Assembly (NCBI RefSeq): GCF_026571515.1
Contig: NW_026864029.1
Location: forward strand, 1-64,000
DNA: 64,000 nt
Origin: Ruditapes philippinarum
Lineage: Eukaryota
Direction of reading: 5' to 3'
Part shown: piece after piece, positions 1-13,610 of the stretch
Layout of the letters: each line of letters opens with the position of its first letter
Position numbering within the stretch: position 1 is the first letter of the stretch
Notes under the pieces: model-generated
What the model saw: only the letters and a program-made list of their open reading frames with translations
The model's database searches: none
What the model was told of the DNA's origin: nothing
Position numbers and translations under genes: made by a program

Positions 1-270
1 CGTAGAAAATATGTAGAAAATAATATCTATAAATTTTATCCTTTTTTTTGAAATGCATCTTTATAAATGCCAAAAATTGAATCAAAATATTCAAAGGTAA
101 AATCGAGGTTAACACCTTAGAAGGAGAAACAACGTCAAAAAAATTAGTAAAATTGCATATTAAAAGAATCACTAGCCCCTGCAATAAATCATTGAATGAT
201 AAAGAACAGGGTGTACCCGTGCCCTATCTATTTAACATGTTACACATTTTGTTTGAAACCTTTATACCAG

Positions 271-1875
271 GGAATACTACTCAATGCCCAGCAAACGTCC
301 AATCTGCATCAATGAAAGATAATTCAGTACTTGGACAATATAAATCCAGTTGTTATGAGCTGATACCAAATTATCGAGTAAGCTGGTCACATGGAGAACA
401 GGTGTGTGTACAGCGTGGCGGTCACCTTGCATATATCATTGATGCAGACGAGCAAGGATTTGTGCATTATTTCTTAAGTCGCTATTCTTCTAGGCATGCG
501 GTCTGGATTGGTCTTCATGACACAAAAATAGAAAACCATTTCGAATGGACGTCAGGTATGATAAATTTAGAAACGTGGTGAGTGAATCTCTGTATCGTTA
601 AGTCACGATTTATCGACCTGTGAGTAGAAGATATACGTTTAAGATCAGCGATAAAAGTAAAGATATATCCTATGTAATTGTGGAGCCTTTGTTTTGGGAG
701 GTTTGTACTGGATAAACATACCTACTGTTATGATATATCCATCACAATTTATCTGGCCAGTCAATAGAAGATAGGAGTTTAAGATCAGTAATTAAAGTAG
801 AGATTAACTAGGCCATGTAATACATGTAGTGGAGCTTTTTTGTCGCCGCCTATTCTTGTTGACCTTGTTTATCATATTTTGCGCTGGGTAACCTGAAATG
901 GGCTGACTTGATACGTGTTAGTACTGTTGCCCCATAACATTCGCACGTCACATAATACAATGTAGATGTAAGTGCACTGTAAAATACTTACCTGGACACC
1001 CTTTGAAGAAGGTGTAGAGACATACCACATACTTTTCGACGATCAAATCTAAAATATTGAATCTTTTATATAGGCATACGTATGACAGCAAACATTAATT
1101 ATGAGATGATGCAATAACAAACAATAGCTATACATGTGTACTTCATTACAGGAAGCAGTGTTAGTTACACAAATTGGGTCCCTGATCATTTGAATAATTT
1201 TGGCGCACATGGTTACGAAGATTGTGTTGCATTTGTACCGTATAAAGATGGCAAATGGGATGACATTCACTGTGGGGAAAGCATCAAGCTCATCGACCAT
1301 GACCTCGGAGAAGTTCATCCTGTAATTTGTCAATATGGTATGTCATTTGAAAGATAATTGGATTTCGATTCATAAAATGATTTTGTAGTATTGTTTTTGA
1401 ACGTGGCTCTGTGCAATAAATTAATCAAAAGTAAAAAAAAATAATACTTAGTTTAGTAATTTAGGGTTTTGCTGTACTGACACAATTTGTTGTGCATACA
1501 GTATTCATCAGTTCTTTTCCCTCTTAAGTATGCAATATATACTTTAAAAATGAGAAATTGTATAAGATGCCGAATCTGAATCAATCGCATTGTTTGTCGC
1601 TCTTGCTCCGTACCAATCTGGCGAAAGGCTAAGAAGGAGAGTCAGTAAAGATTTCATGAGATTGAATATGATAATAATACTAACCTCAGCAAAGCACATT
1701 TTAAAGGTGTACATTCATTGAAACGAAGTAACATCGACATACATAAGCCTTTAGTTGGTTTTGATTTATATATATCATATTTCGTTTAACATTTTTTTTG
1801 TCTTTGTAATATCTGATTAAATGTGATTTTAAATCTATTGCAGACTTGCCGATAGTTCAACAAGCTCTTGGGTAA
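271..1875 (+). CDS. C-type lectin gene A, last three coding exons (second CTLD and tail); 5' part lies upstream of the window
   Basis: Exons 271-555, 1152-1337 and 1844-1875 with phase-1 GT-AG introns. CTLD motifs CYEL, C.QRGGHLAYI, VWIGLHD, FEWTSG, YTNW, EDCV, WDD..C and ICQY. Ends DLPIVQQALG*, with AATAAA at ~1918. Confidence 0.9.
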
Positions 1876-3633
1876 AATAGACTCAGAAAGAAACAATATG
1901 TTATCTAGCGACATGTTAATAAAAATTGTGCTACTTGCAATGTTGTCTTTGTTTCTATTTTTCCACGTCAATTTGCTGTATTGGTATTTAAACTTATATG
2001 ATATTTTAAGCGTCTATCTAAATATGATATTTTAAGCGTACATCGTTTGAAATATCATAATGATAAAAAAATAATTCTCGTTATCACATTTGCAATATCA
2101 ACATAAAACAAAAATCGGTTAACAAATCGCAACCCAGTACAGAGTAGGAGCATACAAAACCCGAACTGACAACGTCAAATAGTATGTCAATAACATAGGA
2201 AATAATGAATCATAAAATATTTTAACTCAGATAACAAAAGATAAAATACCTAAAAAGGCAAAAAAATGACCGGAATACGAACTATATTATTTTTTTGATA
2301 GTTTCAAGACGTGTCAGACAGATTCATTTCCAATGGGATAATGCCGATATGCTCATACAAGTCTAAAACCGTTCTACGACATTTACGAGTATTTATCTGC
2401 AGCTTTACTTAATCTGCAAAATGCAATTATCCATAAAAATTATTTGTTTATGTATCATCGCGTCTGGGGAACAGTTTCGGAAAAGAGTGATAGTTTGTTT
2501 ACTTAACCATATCCCTGTAACTTTTGATATGATATATATTCTTCTTTATACTATTGCACAGTACATTTTTATCAGAATTTCTAATATATGTGGCCAACTG
2601 GTTTAAGAAACAAAATTCTTCCAGAGATCGTCTCTGAATAAGGACAAGTTCAAATTTAAAGGCCTTTAACGCCCTGTTTTGTGTGCTAACGCCTTTATAG
2701 TTTGATCTCGATAATGAAAAAAAGTTTTTGCATCTGTCTCCGATTACTGAAGCTTACAACTCGAAATTTGATATAGGTAACTAATTCTCTATAAGATGAG
2801 CAGAGATCCCGTACAAAGTTTATAACGTTTGTGTTTTAGCCATGCAAGGGAACTGGTCATTTATACGCGCATGACGACAGATGATAACCACGTCAATGAA
2901 CGCTTTTGTAGGCCCGTAACCCCCATAGTTGGGCCCCTTTGTTGTTGGTACATTGACAGAAGAAGAGTAATGTTGCAAAATTATTGAAGAACATTTACAA
3001 TTTTATGCTAGTGCAGTGGGTCAAAAAAACTTTATAAGTCATAAAAATCTACCATTTGTTATATTCGTACTCACATTTTATATGTATCAGAATATTTTTG
3101 TGTGTACAACAAATTTCACGTTATCTTAGCATTTTTGTTCTGCTTACAAAGGGACATCATTTTTAATTTTCTCAGATTAAAGATGCTATTTTCTGGCAAG
3201 TAAAAATCATAAAACGGTGTTCCATGACTTTGTATATACGCAAGTGTATAAGAAAATTATTGGTATTGTTTTATAATAACTTTGATTCTGTTGTTGGAAA
3301 GACTTAAGTTGCATAAGATAATGGAATAGAACAAGTACATAGCACATGTATACACGTTAATATTTTTAAAAAAGATCCTGGCTGGATCGTAAATAAAATG
3401 TATTCTCCAGTGAAAGAGCCATGTTAAGATAACCTAGGGAATATATATATGTCAAATACGTGTAAGTCATGTCTTATTTTGATCTTATCTATCATTTATC
3501 CATCATTGAGTTATTTTAATTTACGTCTATGTTTCAACAAAAAATTGATAAGGCTAGTTTGAACCTGTAGTATTTCAAAATTCACGACATTGTATGCACA
3601 TTTTCCTATTTATATTGACTTGGACTAACCATT

Positions 3634-6600
3634 ATGATTTTCAAATATTTTGTTTATATGTCTTTGATTGGTGCATACGTTAGGGCGGACTTTGATTGTT
3701 TATGTAATTACAATGTGGAAAAAAGTGTCCTCGCATCGGTAAGTGGACATTTTTAAATGTTTTTCAATAATTGACAATATGAATTAATATGCCATTTACG
3801 TGTACTTTATATGTTTATAGATGGATGAGTAGTCGGTAAGTAAGCCACAGAACGACAGTGTCAATAACGCGCTGAAAACAAACAACGTACAATTTGACTT
3901 TCTAATTAGGACAACGAAGACGTGGTCAATATATGATTAAAAATAACGAGTTCAAATAGTCCCAATATGGAACAACAGAAACAATAAAAATAACACATAA
4001 GAAGCGCTATTTGAATAATAAGTGAAATTTACGGCGGCATACTAAACGACACATTTATCGCCGTACAAAAGAAATTCAGTAGTACCAACGACTAAAATAT
4101 CATGTACATATTTTCTTCCTCACTTTAGACTTATTATACAATACGTTTCGGAAATTTAAATATTTTTCCTTATATGTAGGCCTCAGAACAAAGCCAACCA
4201 ATTGGCTACTTGTACGAGTTTGACTGTAAACCAACTTTAAGCAAGTCTTTAGCACCAGCCGAGTGGACAGTGATTGCCTATGAACACCAGGTATATGAAT
4301 TTTTAAATTTGTTTCTGATCTTTACAACGCGTATTATGTATAATGCACCATTAATTATGCATTGCTATTCTATAGCTATGTCATATAAAAAGTCATCAGC
4401 ATATAGTCATTGTTAATATTGTAGGCTCATTTTGACTGAGCCTGTTAATGGACGGCAGAGGAAGGTACAAGCTACCGTTCATGTCTACTAGAAATCGCTT
4501 AGACATTACTCAAAATCGAATTATAAAAGATATGTTTATTTTGGATCAAAACACATTTGCAGATGTGTACATACGTTATTGATCATGGAACATTGCACAC
4601 GAAATGCATTGAATGTGATGTGCTTTGGCCAAAAGCGATAAAACAATGGGCAGAATTCTGGAAGGAATTTTAAATGGAAAGTTTGATATATCAGAATGAC
4701 AAATTTAAGTTCATGTACTCTACTTTGTATCTTAAGGATAGAACAGGAAAACATTACTAGTATCACATAAGCCATTTCATTTAGATTTACTTCAACACAT
4801 TCTCTTGTTTATAAACACCTTAGTCATATATTTTTTTCAGACAGGCTTTGTTAAAACAGATGACCATACAAAAGTCCAAGTTTGCCCAGGCGAAGTATCT
4901 CCGGATGACAGATGTAAATTTTATCAAATGCTAATTTATACTTTCAAATTTTAACCCCACAGTATACTTTATACAAATAACGTTTTGACTTCCTGATTGT
5001 AATGTACATTATTACACACATTGAATACTTTGTGATAAATGAATATTTCACAATCATGCATATTTGGATCATAAAACTAATAATTTAGAAAATTTAAAAG
5101 AAAATTTGACATTATCGATAGAAGACATAAGATAATAAATTGTAGTATGTAAATAACTTTGTTGTCATATTGTTTCTGGTCCTTCGGGATCATTGATTCT
5201 TGCACGCTAGCAATGTGGCTTGAGAGACGTTACACCTTTTCATTATCTTTTATAAACAGGCTTTACAAAACTGAGTCTGTATTTTTCATAAAATATTGTT
5301 GTTTTCACTGCTTCAGAAAGATCACCCCTTTGCCATTTTTGTAATGTTATACATATCATATTTATTAATTAGTGACGACATTGTCTGCTCCCAATGTACA
5401 AACATCAACCTCACCAAGTGTACATTCAACTACAACCTATGTACAGACTTCCATGTCCACAAAGGTATCGACATCAACGGCGGCAGTTATGTCAACAACA
5501 ACGACAGCAGTAAAGTCAACAACACATTTAGCAACAACTTCAGAGACAGCAGTGATGCTTACGACAACATCACCTAATCCCACAACTACTGTAGCATCTA
5601 TTACAGTAACAACTGACAACGGAAATACAACAGGTTCATATACATAAATTTATTCCGCATCGAATATGACAGAATTGACGTTCACGTGGCCAAAATTGAG
5701 AATCACATAACATTAAGAAATATTTATTAAAGTACGGTCATAATTTCTTTAAATGATGTTATCATCTTCTGTAACTAGTACGGTTTTCTATAATTCTCTA
5801 ATGAATTTCAATCAAAACGACTTCAGTTGAGGTGAATTAGGCGAGAACTAATATATGCAATTAACAATATTAATACAATATGTAGAAAAAAATACTAACA
5901 TTGTCTGTATTTTGGACACATTTATGCTTAAATGATTTTTCATGAGTTTAATTCCATAACTGTGTTAAGGTCAACTGTGTTAGGGTCAGTGTATGAAACA
6001 TTTTCAGATTTTGCGATTGTTTGATATTTCACCTAAGAGAATATGTCGTATAATTGTGTATTTAAAAAAGTTTGAATTGCTAACTTATTTTATTTAAAAC
6101 AACAATGTTTCACAATCTTTCAAAATGCCAATTATTATTTGGGTTTATACTCAGGAGGGGAATTAGGCTGTCCAATGATAGTTCAACAAAGCGCTGCTCA
6201 GGAAAGTGGAACATTATTTATCAACAAGAATGACCAAAAATGTTATGAAATGGTTACAACTGTTCACAGCTGGGAGTATGCTGAGAGAGATTGTAAAAGT
6301 AAAGGCGGACATTTAGCAACAATTGGTGACGCCTTAGACGAGGAAATTGTGTATAAATATGTAAAAGCATATGGGCATCCCACATGGATCGGCTTACATG
6401 ATATGAATAAAGAGGAAACTTTCGAATGGGCTTCAGGTACCACCTAAGTATCCTTTTATTAACCCTTTCCCCCATGAGCATATTGTAAAAAAAGGCCGTT
6501 TTCTCTTAAAAACCTCCTGTTACAAGTTCAAACTGCTATGAAACTATGAAAAATGCTTCAATACTAATCAAACTTGGCACAAATTTGACTGGACCATTGC

Positions 6601-9600
6601 CTTTGTAACGATATGCTCAGTCTTAAATTTCCTGTTACCATGGCAACGAGGGGACATCTCAAAATTGCCAAAAATCACTATTTTGCCTCGATTTTTTCCA
6701 TCAAAATTTATTTCAAAGTGCTGCAACTTCTCAAAGGATTGAGATAGAGTCAAAGGCTTTTCAGCGTTGGTTACACGTTACATTTTGATCGACCTGGGGT
6801 CATTTTTAGCCTCTCACAAGTCCAAAATTTTCTTGGCGATGAGGGGGACTCCGCCCCCCTTCAAACCCCCCCCCTAACAGAAGGAGGCACACCCCCCTTC
6901 TGCCAACCCCCTGATGTATCTTTTGGATGGGGGTGGGGGGCGGCGCCGAAAAAGTGCTCTTTTTTAGCAACATTTCTCAAACTTAAACATGTGATTGGGG
7001 CCCAAATAGGACATTTTTTTCACTATTTGAGGTCTAAAAAAAGGGGGGAGGGTAGAAAGTGCGTTGTTTCGCGTATATATGAGGTAAAGGGTTAAATCAT
7101 TTGGAATGATGCTATTGCTTGAGCAATACATTTAAAGTAAATTTTCTTATTTTCGTTTCTTTAAAATATGTTGATGTGGCTCTCAATATTTTAATATGAA
7201 TATTTATATCAGAAATAACAGTCTTTTGTTCTAACATTTAATTACCTGCTACACAAATATATGAAATATTGGGTCATGCATCTAATACTTGCAAATACTT
7301 CAACGATATATAATTATTTCTAGGCTGATACTAAGTGCCATCAACGTAATTATCTATTGGATTACATACCTTCTATTTTAGACCAATACACTTAAAGCAT
7401 CAATAAATATTTTGAATGAGTACATGAATAAAGATATATCATTATGATGGGCGTTGTTGGTTATTATCTACGAGCTTGGTAACTTTGTTTCATATCTATT
7501 CATGTTTTGAGTAATCGCTATCAACTTACTGTATATACATTACAGGAGAACCTGTTGCTTATCTTAATTGGCACGCTGGCAGGAAAGATATATTTTTTCA
7601 TAATATAGAAGACTGTGTTGCCATGGGACCACTAACGGGTACCTGGGAGGATATGGACTGTCTAGATAGATATGCATATATTTGCGAATATGGTGAGTAA
7701 TGCAGTGTTATCAAAATTGTTTTATTTAATGCTTTTAAAAATAATTTATATTTACATTTTCCCCAAACAAAGCATTTTATAGAATTATATTAGATTGTTT
7801 AACCAATTACAAATACCATGGAATTTTGTTCATTTAGAAATGATTGAGGTAATGGTTTGAACAGAAAATGATAATAATAATAATAATGATAATAATAATA
7901 ATAACAATAATAACGATAATAATAATAGTATAGGATGATGCAAAAACAAGTAGTGTGATAGTCTATTTAAATGCCTTTATATTATAGACGAAGTTTATGG
8001 CGCCAATTATGTAGTGATAACCCCTCCTACAGGATCCTATACAGACGGTTTGTTTTATGTTGATATATAGATTTTTCTTTCAGCGTTTATATGTCTGTTG
8101 ATGGACGTCATTTGCTAAATAGAGAGAAATAAGAATCCCTAAAGAAAGCCCAACACGGCAGTCTAATATCCACAACCCAACCACCAGAACACCGATTTAA
8201 CATTAAACAAAACATTTCCACATATAGATATATTTTATTAGCTAAATTAATATAAGATTAAAAAAGTTACAGTTTCACTACTAAATACCTTTAAATGATT
8301 CAATATGCAAGGAAAAATCAACAGCTACGTACGTAATTGTTTTACGTCTGTACTCCTTTCAAGGCAATACGAATATGTGTTCTGCAAGCGTACAATCGGC
8401 TGCCCTCCGTGACAGTGCAGCTCTTGGCCAATATGGAAGAAGTTGCTACGAATTGATATTACACACAAAGGTTAGATGGGAGCATGGTGAAAGTATGTGT
8501 AAAAGCCGCGGCGGTCATTTGGCACATATATATAGCGCAGACGAGCAAGGTTTTGTCCAGTATTTCATGAATCGTCACTCACCTCAACATGCTGTTTGGA
8601 TTGGCCTGCATGATACAAGTGTTGAGGGACAGTTTGAGTGGACAACAGGTTAACCTGTTATTGTCAATTATATGCATGTTCGTTTCATTCCTGCAGATTA
8701 CATGTGAAATTTTAGGTTTCTTACACTAATTATTTACATCAAATACTTATATGTAATATATTTATCATTATAAGTCATATGGGAAATTAACCTAAAGATT
8801 TAAAAGGTTAAAGGATTTTATCATATTCTGTTTTATTAATATCAAGTTAAATTTAATCTTTGGTGTGTAGGAAATGCTGTTAATTATACCAACTGGATTC
8901 CTGGACATGAAGCAAATTTTGAAAGCTCCAAGACGGAAGACTGTGTTACATTCATCCCTTACAAAAACGGACAATGGGACGACATACCATGCGGTTATAA
9001 TTTTATTTTTGGAGACAGCGGAGAAACTCATCCTTTCCTCTGCCAGTTTGGTATGTTTCAATTTTAACAGCTTTACATTACTTGCTATAAACATTTTCAA
9101 TATCCCGATTAAAGTGATAACTGAAAGGTTTTCGTCCAATGTTATGTTACTTCATTTGCGACTAAAATGAAGCCAAAGAACGTGCCTGTAGGTTAAGGTT
9201 CATCATTAACCCTTTCACTGCCATAGAGACGGCTTATGCCGTCCCTGCTATTTTCGGCGTATTTGCCATATGGACGGCTATAGCCGTTTCTATAATAATA
9301 AAAGTAATAATAATAAAATGATAATAATAATAATAAAAATAATAATAAATATAAAGAAAATCATACCATCGACAAAATGATTAATATTATACTTACAGAT
9401 TTGGAAACATATATAATTATTATAATACTAATAACAAATAATAATAATTATATTAATTAATAATATAGTAATTTCTAAGAAAACCCTCTGGCAAATAGGT
9501 GATCAATAAAACAATAAACCTCTGGCAGCGAAAGGGTTCTATTGGTATTCAAATAGTAAACAAAATATATTATCATTATTAAAATAATCATGATGCCAAA

Positions 9601-9818
9601 ATATGTTTTATCAATTTCATGAAAACTTATAAATTGAAATATCTTTGTCTTAACATCTTTATAACGATAGCTTGTATGAAATATTGTTAGATAAAATTTG
9701 GTTCCTTGACAAAAAGAAATGTATGTTGTTAAAATCTAGAGATATCAGGTTGTTTTTGATCTTTTAATTTTGTCATTCTTTTTCAGACATCGATTCTTCT
9801 CAAATAGTTGTTGGATAA
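3634..9818 (+). CDS. Secreted C-type lectin B (~511 aa): signal peptide, Cys-containing N-terminal domain, mucin stalk, two CTLDs
   Basis: Ten exons: 3634-3738, 4180-4290, 4841-4913, 5373-5633, 6155-6436, 7546-7692, 7988-8047, 8364-8648, 8871-9050, 9787-9818. All are GT-AG and phase-consistent. Starts MIFKYFVYMSLIGAYVRA-DFDCLCNYNVEK, has two WIGL-type CTLDs and ends DIDSSQIVVG*. Confidence 0.9.
6463..7091. mobile_element. piggyBac-like non-autonomous element in intron 5 of lectin B
   Basis: TTAA on both flanks (6459-6462, 7092-7095). TIRs CCCTTTCCCCCAT / ATGAGGTAAAGGG. The paralogous intron in gene D (~26946) has a single TTAA empty site. Confidence 0.8.
7868..7927. repeat. (AAT)n microsatellite
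   Basis: Imperfect AAT run read directly; the paralogous position in gene D falls in the N gap. Confidence 0.85.
9210..9536. mobile_element. piggyBac-like MITE with internal AAT-rich tract, intron 9 of lectin B
   Basis: TIRs CCCTTTCACTGCCA / TGGCAGCGAAAGGG. Left flank is TTAA, right flank imperfect. Absent from the gene D paralogous intron (~29065). Confidence 0.7.
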
Positions 9819-11046
9819 TATTAAGTATAACATTTGCAGAACTTAAAACTTGTACAGATTTTTTTTATAGAAATATAAAGTTTGTCTCATTGACTTGAGT
9901 TTGTTTTCATTTGAGTCTTTTTGAAATTAAAAACATTTTAGTACCCACAGTGTTCATATTTGTACCGCATGTTAATGGAAAAATAAAAATATCATATGGC
10001 GCTTAGTTGTGTTTATATTAATTATTTACCTGCATTTGGGAAAATGTGAAACTATATGAAAGGCAAAACGCAGACAAAATTTCAAATGCACAATGGAATA
10101 TATTTTATACTTTCACTCACAATAATTGCCAGATATACCGGTATATTCATTATAGTACATCAAATAGTAGCTACAAACATTACATTGTTTTATGTAAAAA
10201 CGCACAGTGTATAACAAGTCTACTTCCTGTTATCGCATGAAAGATTCAAGTTGAAATATATAAGTTACCACGACAGGTACTGAAACAGTGATAGGAAGTA
10301 AAATGTGCTTGTAATTGCAAGACACGGTGCACATTGAGTTTAATAAACTTGCAAGACATGATGCAGTGATTTTTTTAGCTCTTGTGATTATATCAAACAT
10401 TTTACACTTAATATGTGAATGATAAGACCTTGATTTTATTTATTTAATGATATAATCTTTTTAAGTGTAAAATGATAAAATCAGATTTGTCCGACACATA
10501 TATTTCACTATATATCTTTATGAATAACATACAACACGAAATAATAGCAATATTGCAAATATTTTCAAAATATACATACACTGAAAACTATTTAAGATAT
10601 TATACATATACATGTATTGTCATGATGTAGTCAGCGTTGCTATTAATACTTTTAAAAATATACTTTCAACATATTTTCGTGTGATACATTTAGAATAAGT
10701 CACTTATATTTGTATTTCTTAGCACAAATATTAAAAGTTTTCCTTGCTTATTTAACTTATAGAACAATAAAGATCTATATATTTTGCTTAGGTCATAATA
10801 TGCAACACCCTTTCTATCAAGAAGTACAGTTTGATATGACATACAGCTATATTATATTCACGTTAAGCTTCATAACGTGCTTGATATGTTATCTGTTCTG
10901 TGAGGCAATGCAGTGACACACTTGCTTACTTCAACATAAATGTTAACTGCTTCTTTTAATCTTTACTATACCTACCTTTCTAGACTGTTGCCTTATTCAA
11001 ATATATATTTCATAGCATTATTTAACTTAAAACCACACTCGTTTGC

Positions 11047-11144
11047 TCAGGAAGAACAGTTCCACCCGGAGTTTCCCATTAACTTTTTCACGAAGCTGCA
11101 CAGCATGCTTACGTTCGCCGGTCCAGCAGATGATGTAGATTTTA
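11047..11144 (-). pseudogene. Orphan third exon (P0) of the cysteine-rich peptide family; exons 1-2 are absent
   Basis: Acceptor TTGCAG followed by (V)KSTSSAGPANVSMLCSFVKKLMGNSGWNCSS*, homologous to P1 exon 3 (30691-30791). Upstream similarity ends at ~11500, where LINE sequence begins. Confidence 0.75.
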
Positions 11145-11504
11145 CTGCAATATACACAATATATAGTTATAATATCTAATGCTAGTACTTTGTATGGCAG
11201 GAATTGCTACCTCCGTTATAATTTGTACTAGTTGTAAAATCAATTATAAGTTTTCTTCGTTTACATAAAAAATTAGAGAAAATTATTACGCTAACTTGTA
11301 AGAATTTGCCGGAGCAAATCAGTACTGTTAGTCGATGAATTTTAAAATTTACACCTTTTTTAACATTTTACTGTGCAGTTATTTATAAATATAACACATA
11401 ACTATTCATTTCGTAATTTAACACGCAGCTTGTCATAATCTCTGACGAACTGGCTAAAGCCTTGTGTGAATAAGCATTAAAATAGCTTCCAGTCACATCA
11501 GCCT

Positions 11505-13610
11505 AAATCGCGAATGTGAGAAAGGAGGCTTCTCTGACAAGACTATTATTACAAGTGAAGAAAAAACTCCAGAAAACCGTATATAAAGACCTGTTTATCC
11601 ATGCAGATCAGTCGAAATTGAACGCCTTGAATTCAATATTTTACGAGCAATGGTGAATGCAGTGAATAAAGGAAGTCTTCATACTAGCTGAGTATTTAGT
11701 GCTAATAGAAATTTTTCTAGCTATGATGAGTCACTAACTCAGGATAATAATACCTATCAATAGTGATGTTCCGATTGTCGCATGTCGTCGATAATCAGTT
11801 ACTGTTATGTAAAGCGACAATAATCGATTCACAAAAATTTGTTCCGCGACGTCGTCGAAAATGTTTAAAGTATCAAAGGGAATTAATTCTGACGGTAATT
11901 TCCTTTTAGGAACACCTTACCGATCGCAAAGAAAATATCTCAGAGACAATTTGGAGTTGAACAGGACCAATACGTGATGTAAACAATAGTTATACAATGT
12001 GATGTCAATGTTATTATTTGACATCCATTGGAAAATAAAAGCTTTTTCGTAAAATTATGACTATATAAGGTTTAAACTGTGTTGAAAAGTGCTAATTGAA
12101 GTTCACGTTACTGAATATAATAAAGTGCCTTGGGAAGAAATGTTTCTTTCTTATTTCTTTTTAACGCGACTTTATTCGAAAAGTTATCGATTATGTCCCA
12201 TCCGATTGAACCGATGATCGATTGGGACAAATACCATCCGATTTCCATCACTACCTATCAAACAGGCACCCACACTCAGAATAACAGTACCAATCAAGCA
12301 GGCAATAATCAATTACCTTCGAATAGTGCTTCACAGGGCAACGCGGGTTCTATTTATAGAGGTCAGGGGAACTGGGGTCAGCAAGATCGTGGGAAAAGTA
12401 ACAGAGGACAAGGACATGGAGGTCAAATGGGTCAAGGTCAAGGATATGGAGGGCAAGGACGAGGAGGAAGAAGAAAGGTTACTTCCGGTTTCTGGAATTT
12501 TAATGGGTGGAGTACCGTTAAAGACAGTGACAATTTTATTTTAAGAAGTGAATGTGTTCAGTTTTTAAATGTTGACATTTTAGGCATTGCTGAGACTCAT
12601 TTGTGTAATAATGATATTATTGAATTACCAGGGTTTGTTTGGTTTGGTAATAATCGTAAATCTTTACATATAAATGCAAGGTCGAGCGTTGGAGTTTTAA
12701 TTAAAATGGAACTGTTTGATTTTTATGATAAAGAAATTATTTATAGCAGTTTTGAAGGCATATTATAGTTAAAATTTTCTGATGAATTTTCAGGGTTAAA
12801 ATCTTATACATGCGTACGCTATCTGCCACCTTATAACTCTTCTAAACAAATTGATGTTAGTTATTGTTATGATACCCTATTATCTAGTATATATGTATAT
12901 CAAAATGATTGTCTATTATATATTTGTGGAGATTTTAATAGTCGTATGGTGACAATTGTGATTTTATTATTTGGGCTGACGATTTGCCAGACAGAGATAT
13001 TGTTGATGTTTTTTTTTTTGTAACGCTTATTGTGACAAGTTATTAGATTTCCTGATAGATAGTAACATGTGTTTATTGAATGTTCGAAATTTATATAAAG
13101 GATGATTTTACATCAATATCTACTAAAGGATGTGCAGTTGTTGATTATTGTAAAGTTGCACATGATAGTTTGAACCATTTTAAAAATTTCACAGTTATTA
13201 GAAGTACTGAAATTATTTCAAACATTCAAGTAAATAATGGCTTTATGCCTGTATCCATACCAGACCACTCTATATTAACATGGATGGTTGAATTTGATAA
13301 TTATAGTGAAAAGTTTTACAACCTGTATGTGAAGCAGTTAGTTTTGATAAGTTTGATTTAAAAAGTTTACAAGATAATTTTTAAACACTCATGATGTAAT
13401 TTCGTCACTTCATGATACAGTTTCTAAACTTGAATAAAGTTAACAGAGTCAGAGTTATATTTAAGATGCTTATTCTAGCCTTTGAAATATTTTAAAGAAT
13501 GAGATGTATGACAAATTATCTTCTAAATGTATTAAAATTGATTTTGGTATCTCTAACAAGAACAGAAATGTTAGTAAACCCTGGTGGAACAGCAACCTAT
13601 CTCGCCTATG
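11505..13610 (+). mobile_element. Degenerate non-LTR retrotransposon (LINE) fragment: Gly/Arg-rich putative ORF1 end plus APE endonuclease of ORF2; no RT
   Basis: APE motifs GFWNFNGW, DILGIAETHL, ICGDFNSR (~12921), VVDYC and PDHSIL, then KPWWN (~13577). Multiple stops and frameshifts. The left boundary is approximate. Confidence 0.85.
11761..12253. mobile_element. hAT-type MITE nested in the LINE fragment
   Basis: TIRs TAGTGATG / CATCACTA with a perfect 8-bp TSD CCTATCAA (11753-11760 and 12254-12261). Confidence 0.85.

Noticed and set aside
3634-4913. Bacterial contamination or recent HGT as the source of the SH3b-like domain
   Set aside because: The domain is split by spliceosomal introns conserved across four paralogs and has host-like composition; any transfer would be ancient.
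12130-12768. 212-aa Gly/Gln-rich ORF as a host gene
   Set aside because: Chimeric read-through from the hAT MITE end into LINE ORF1/endonuclease sequence.
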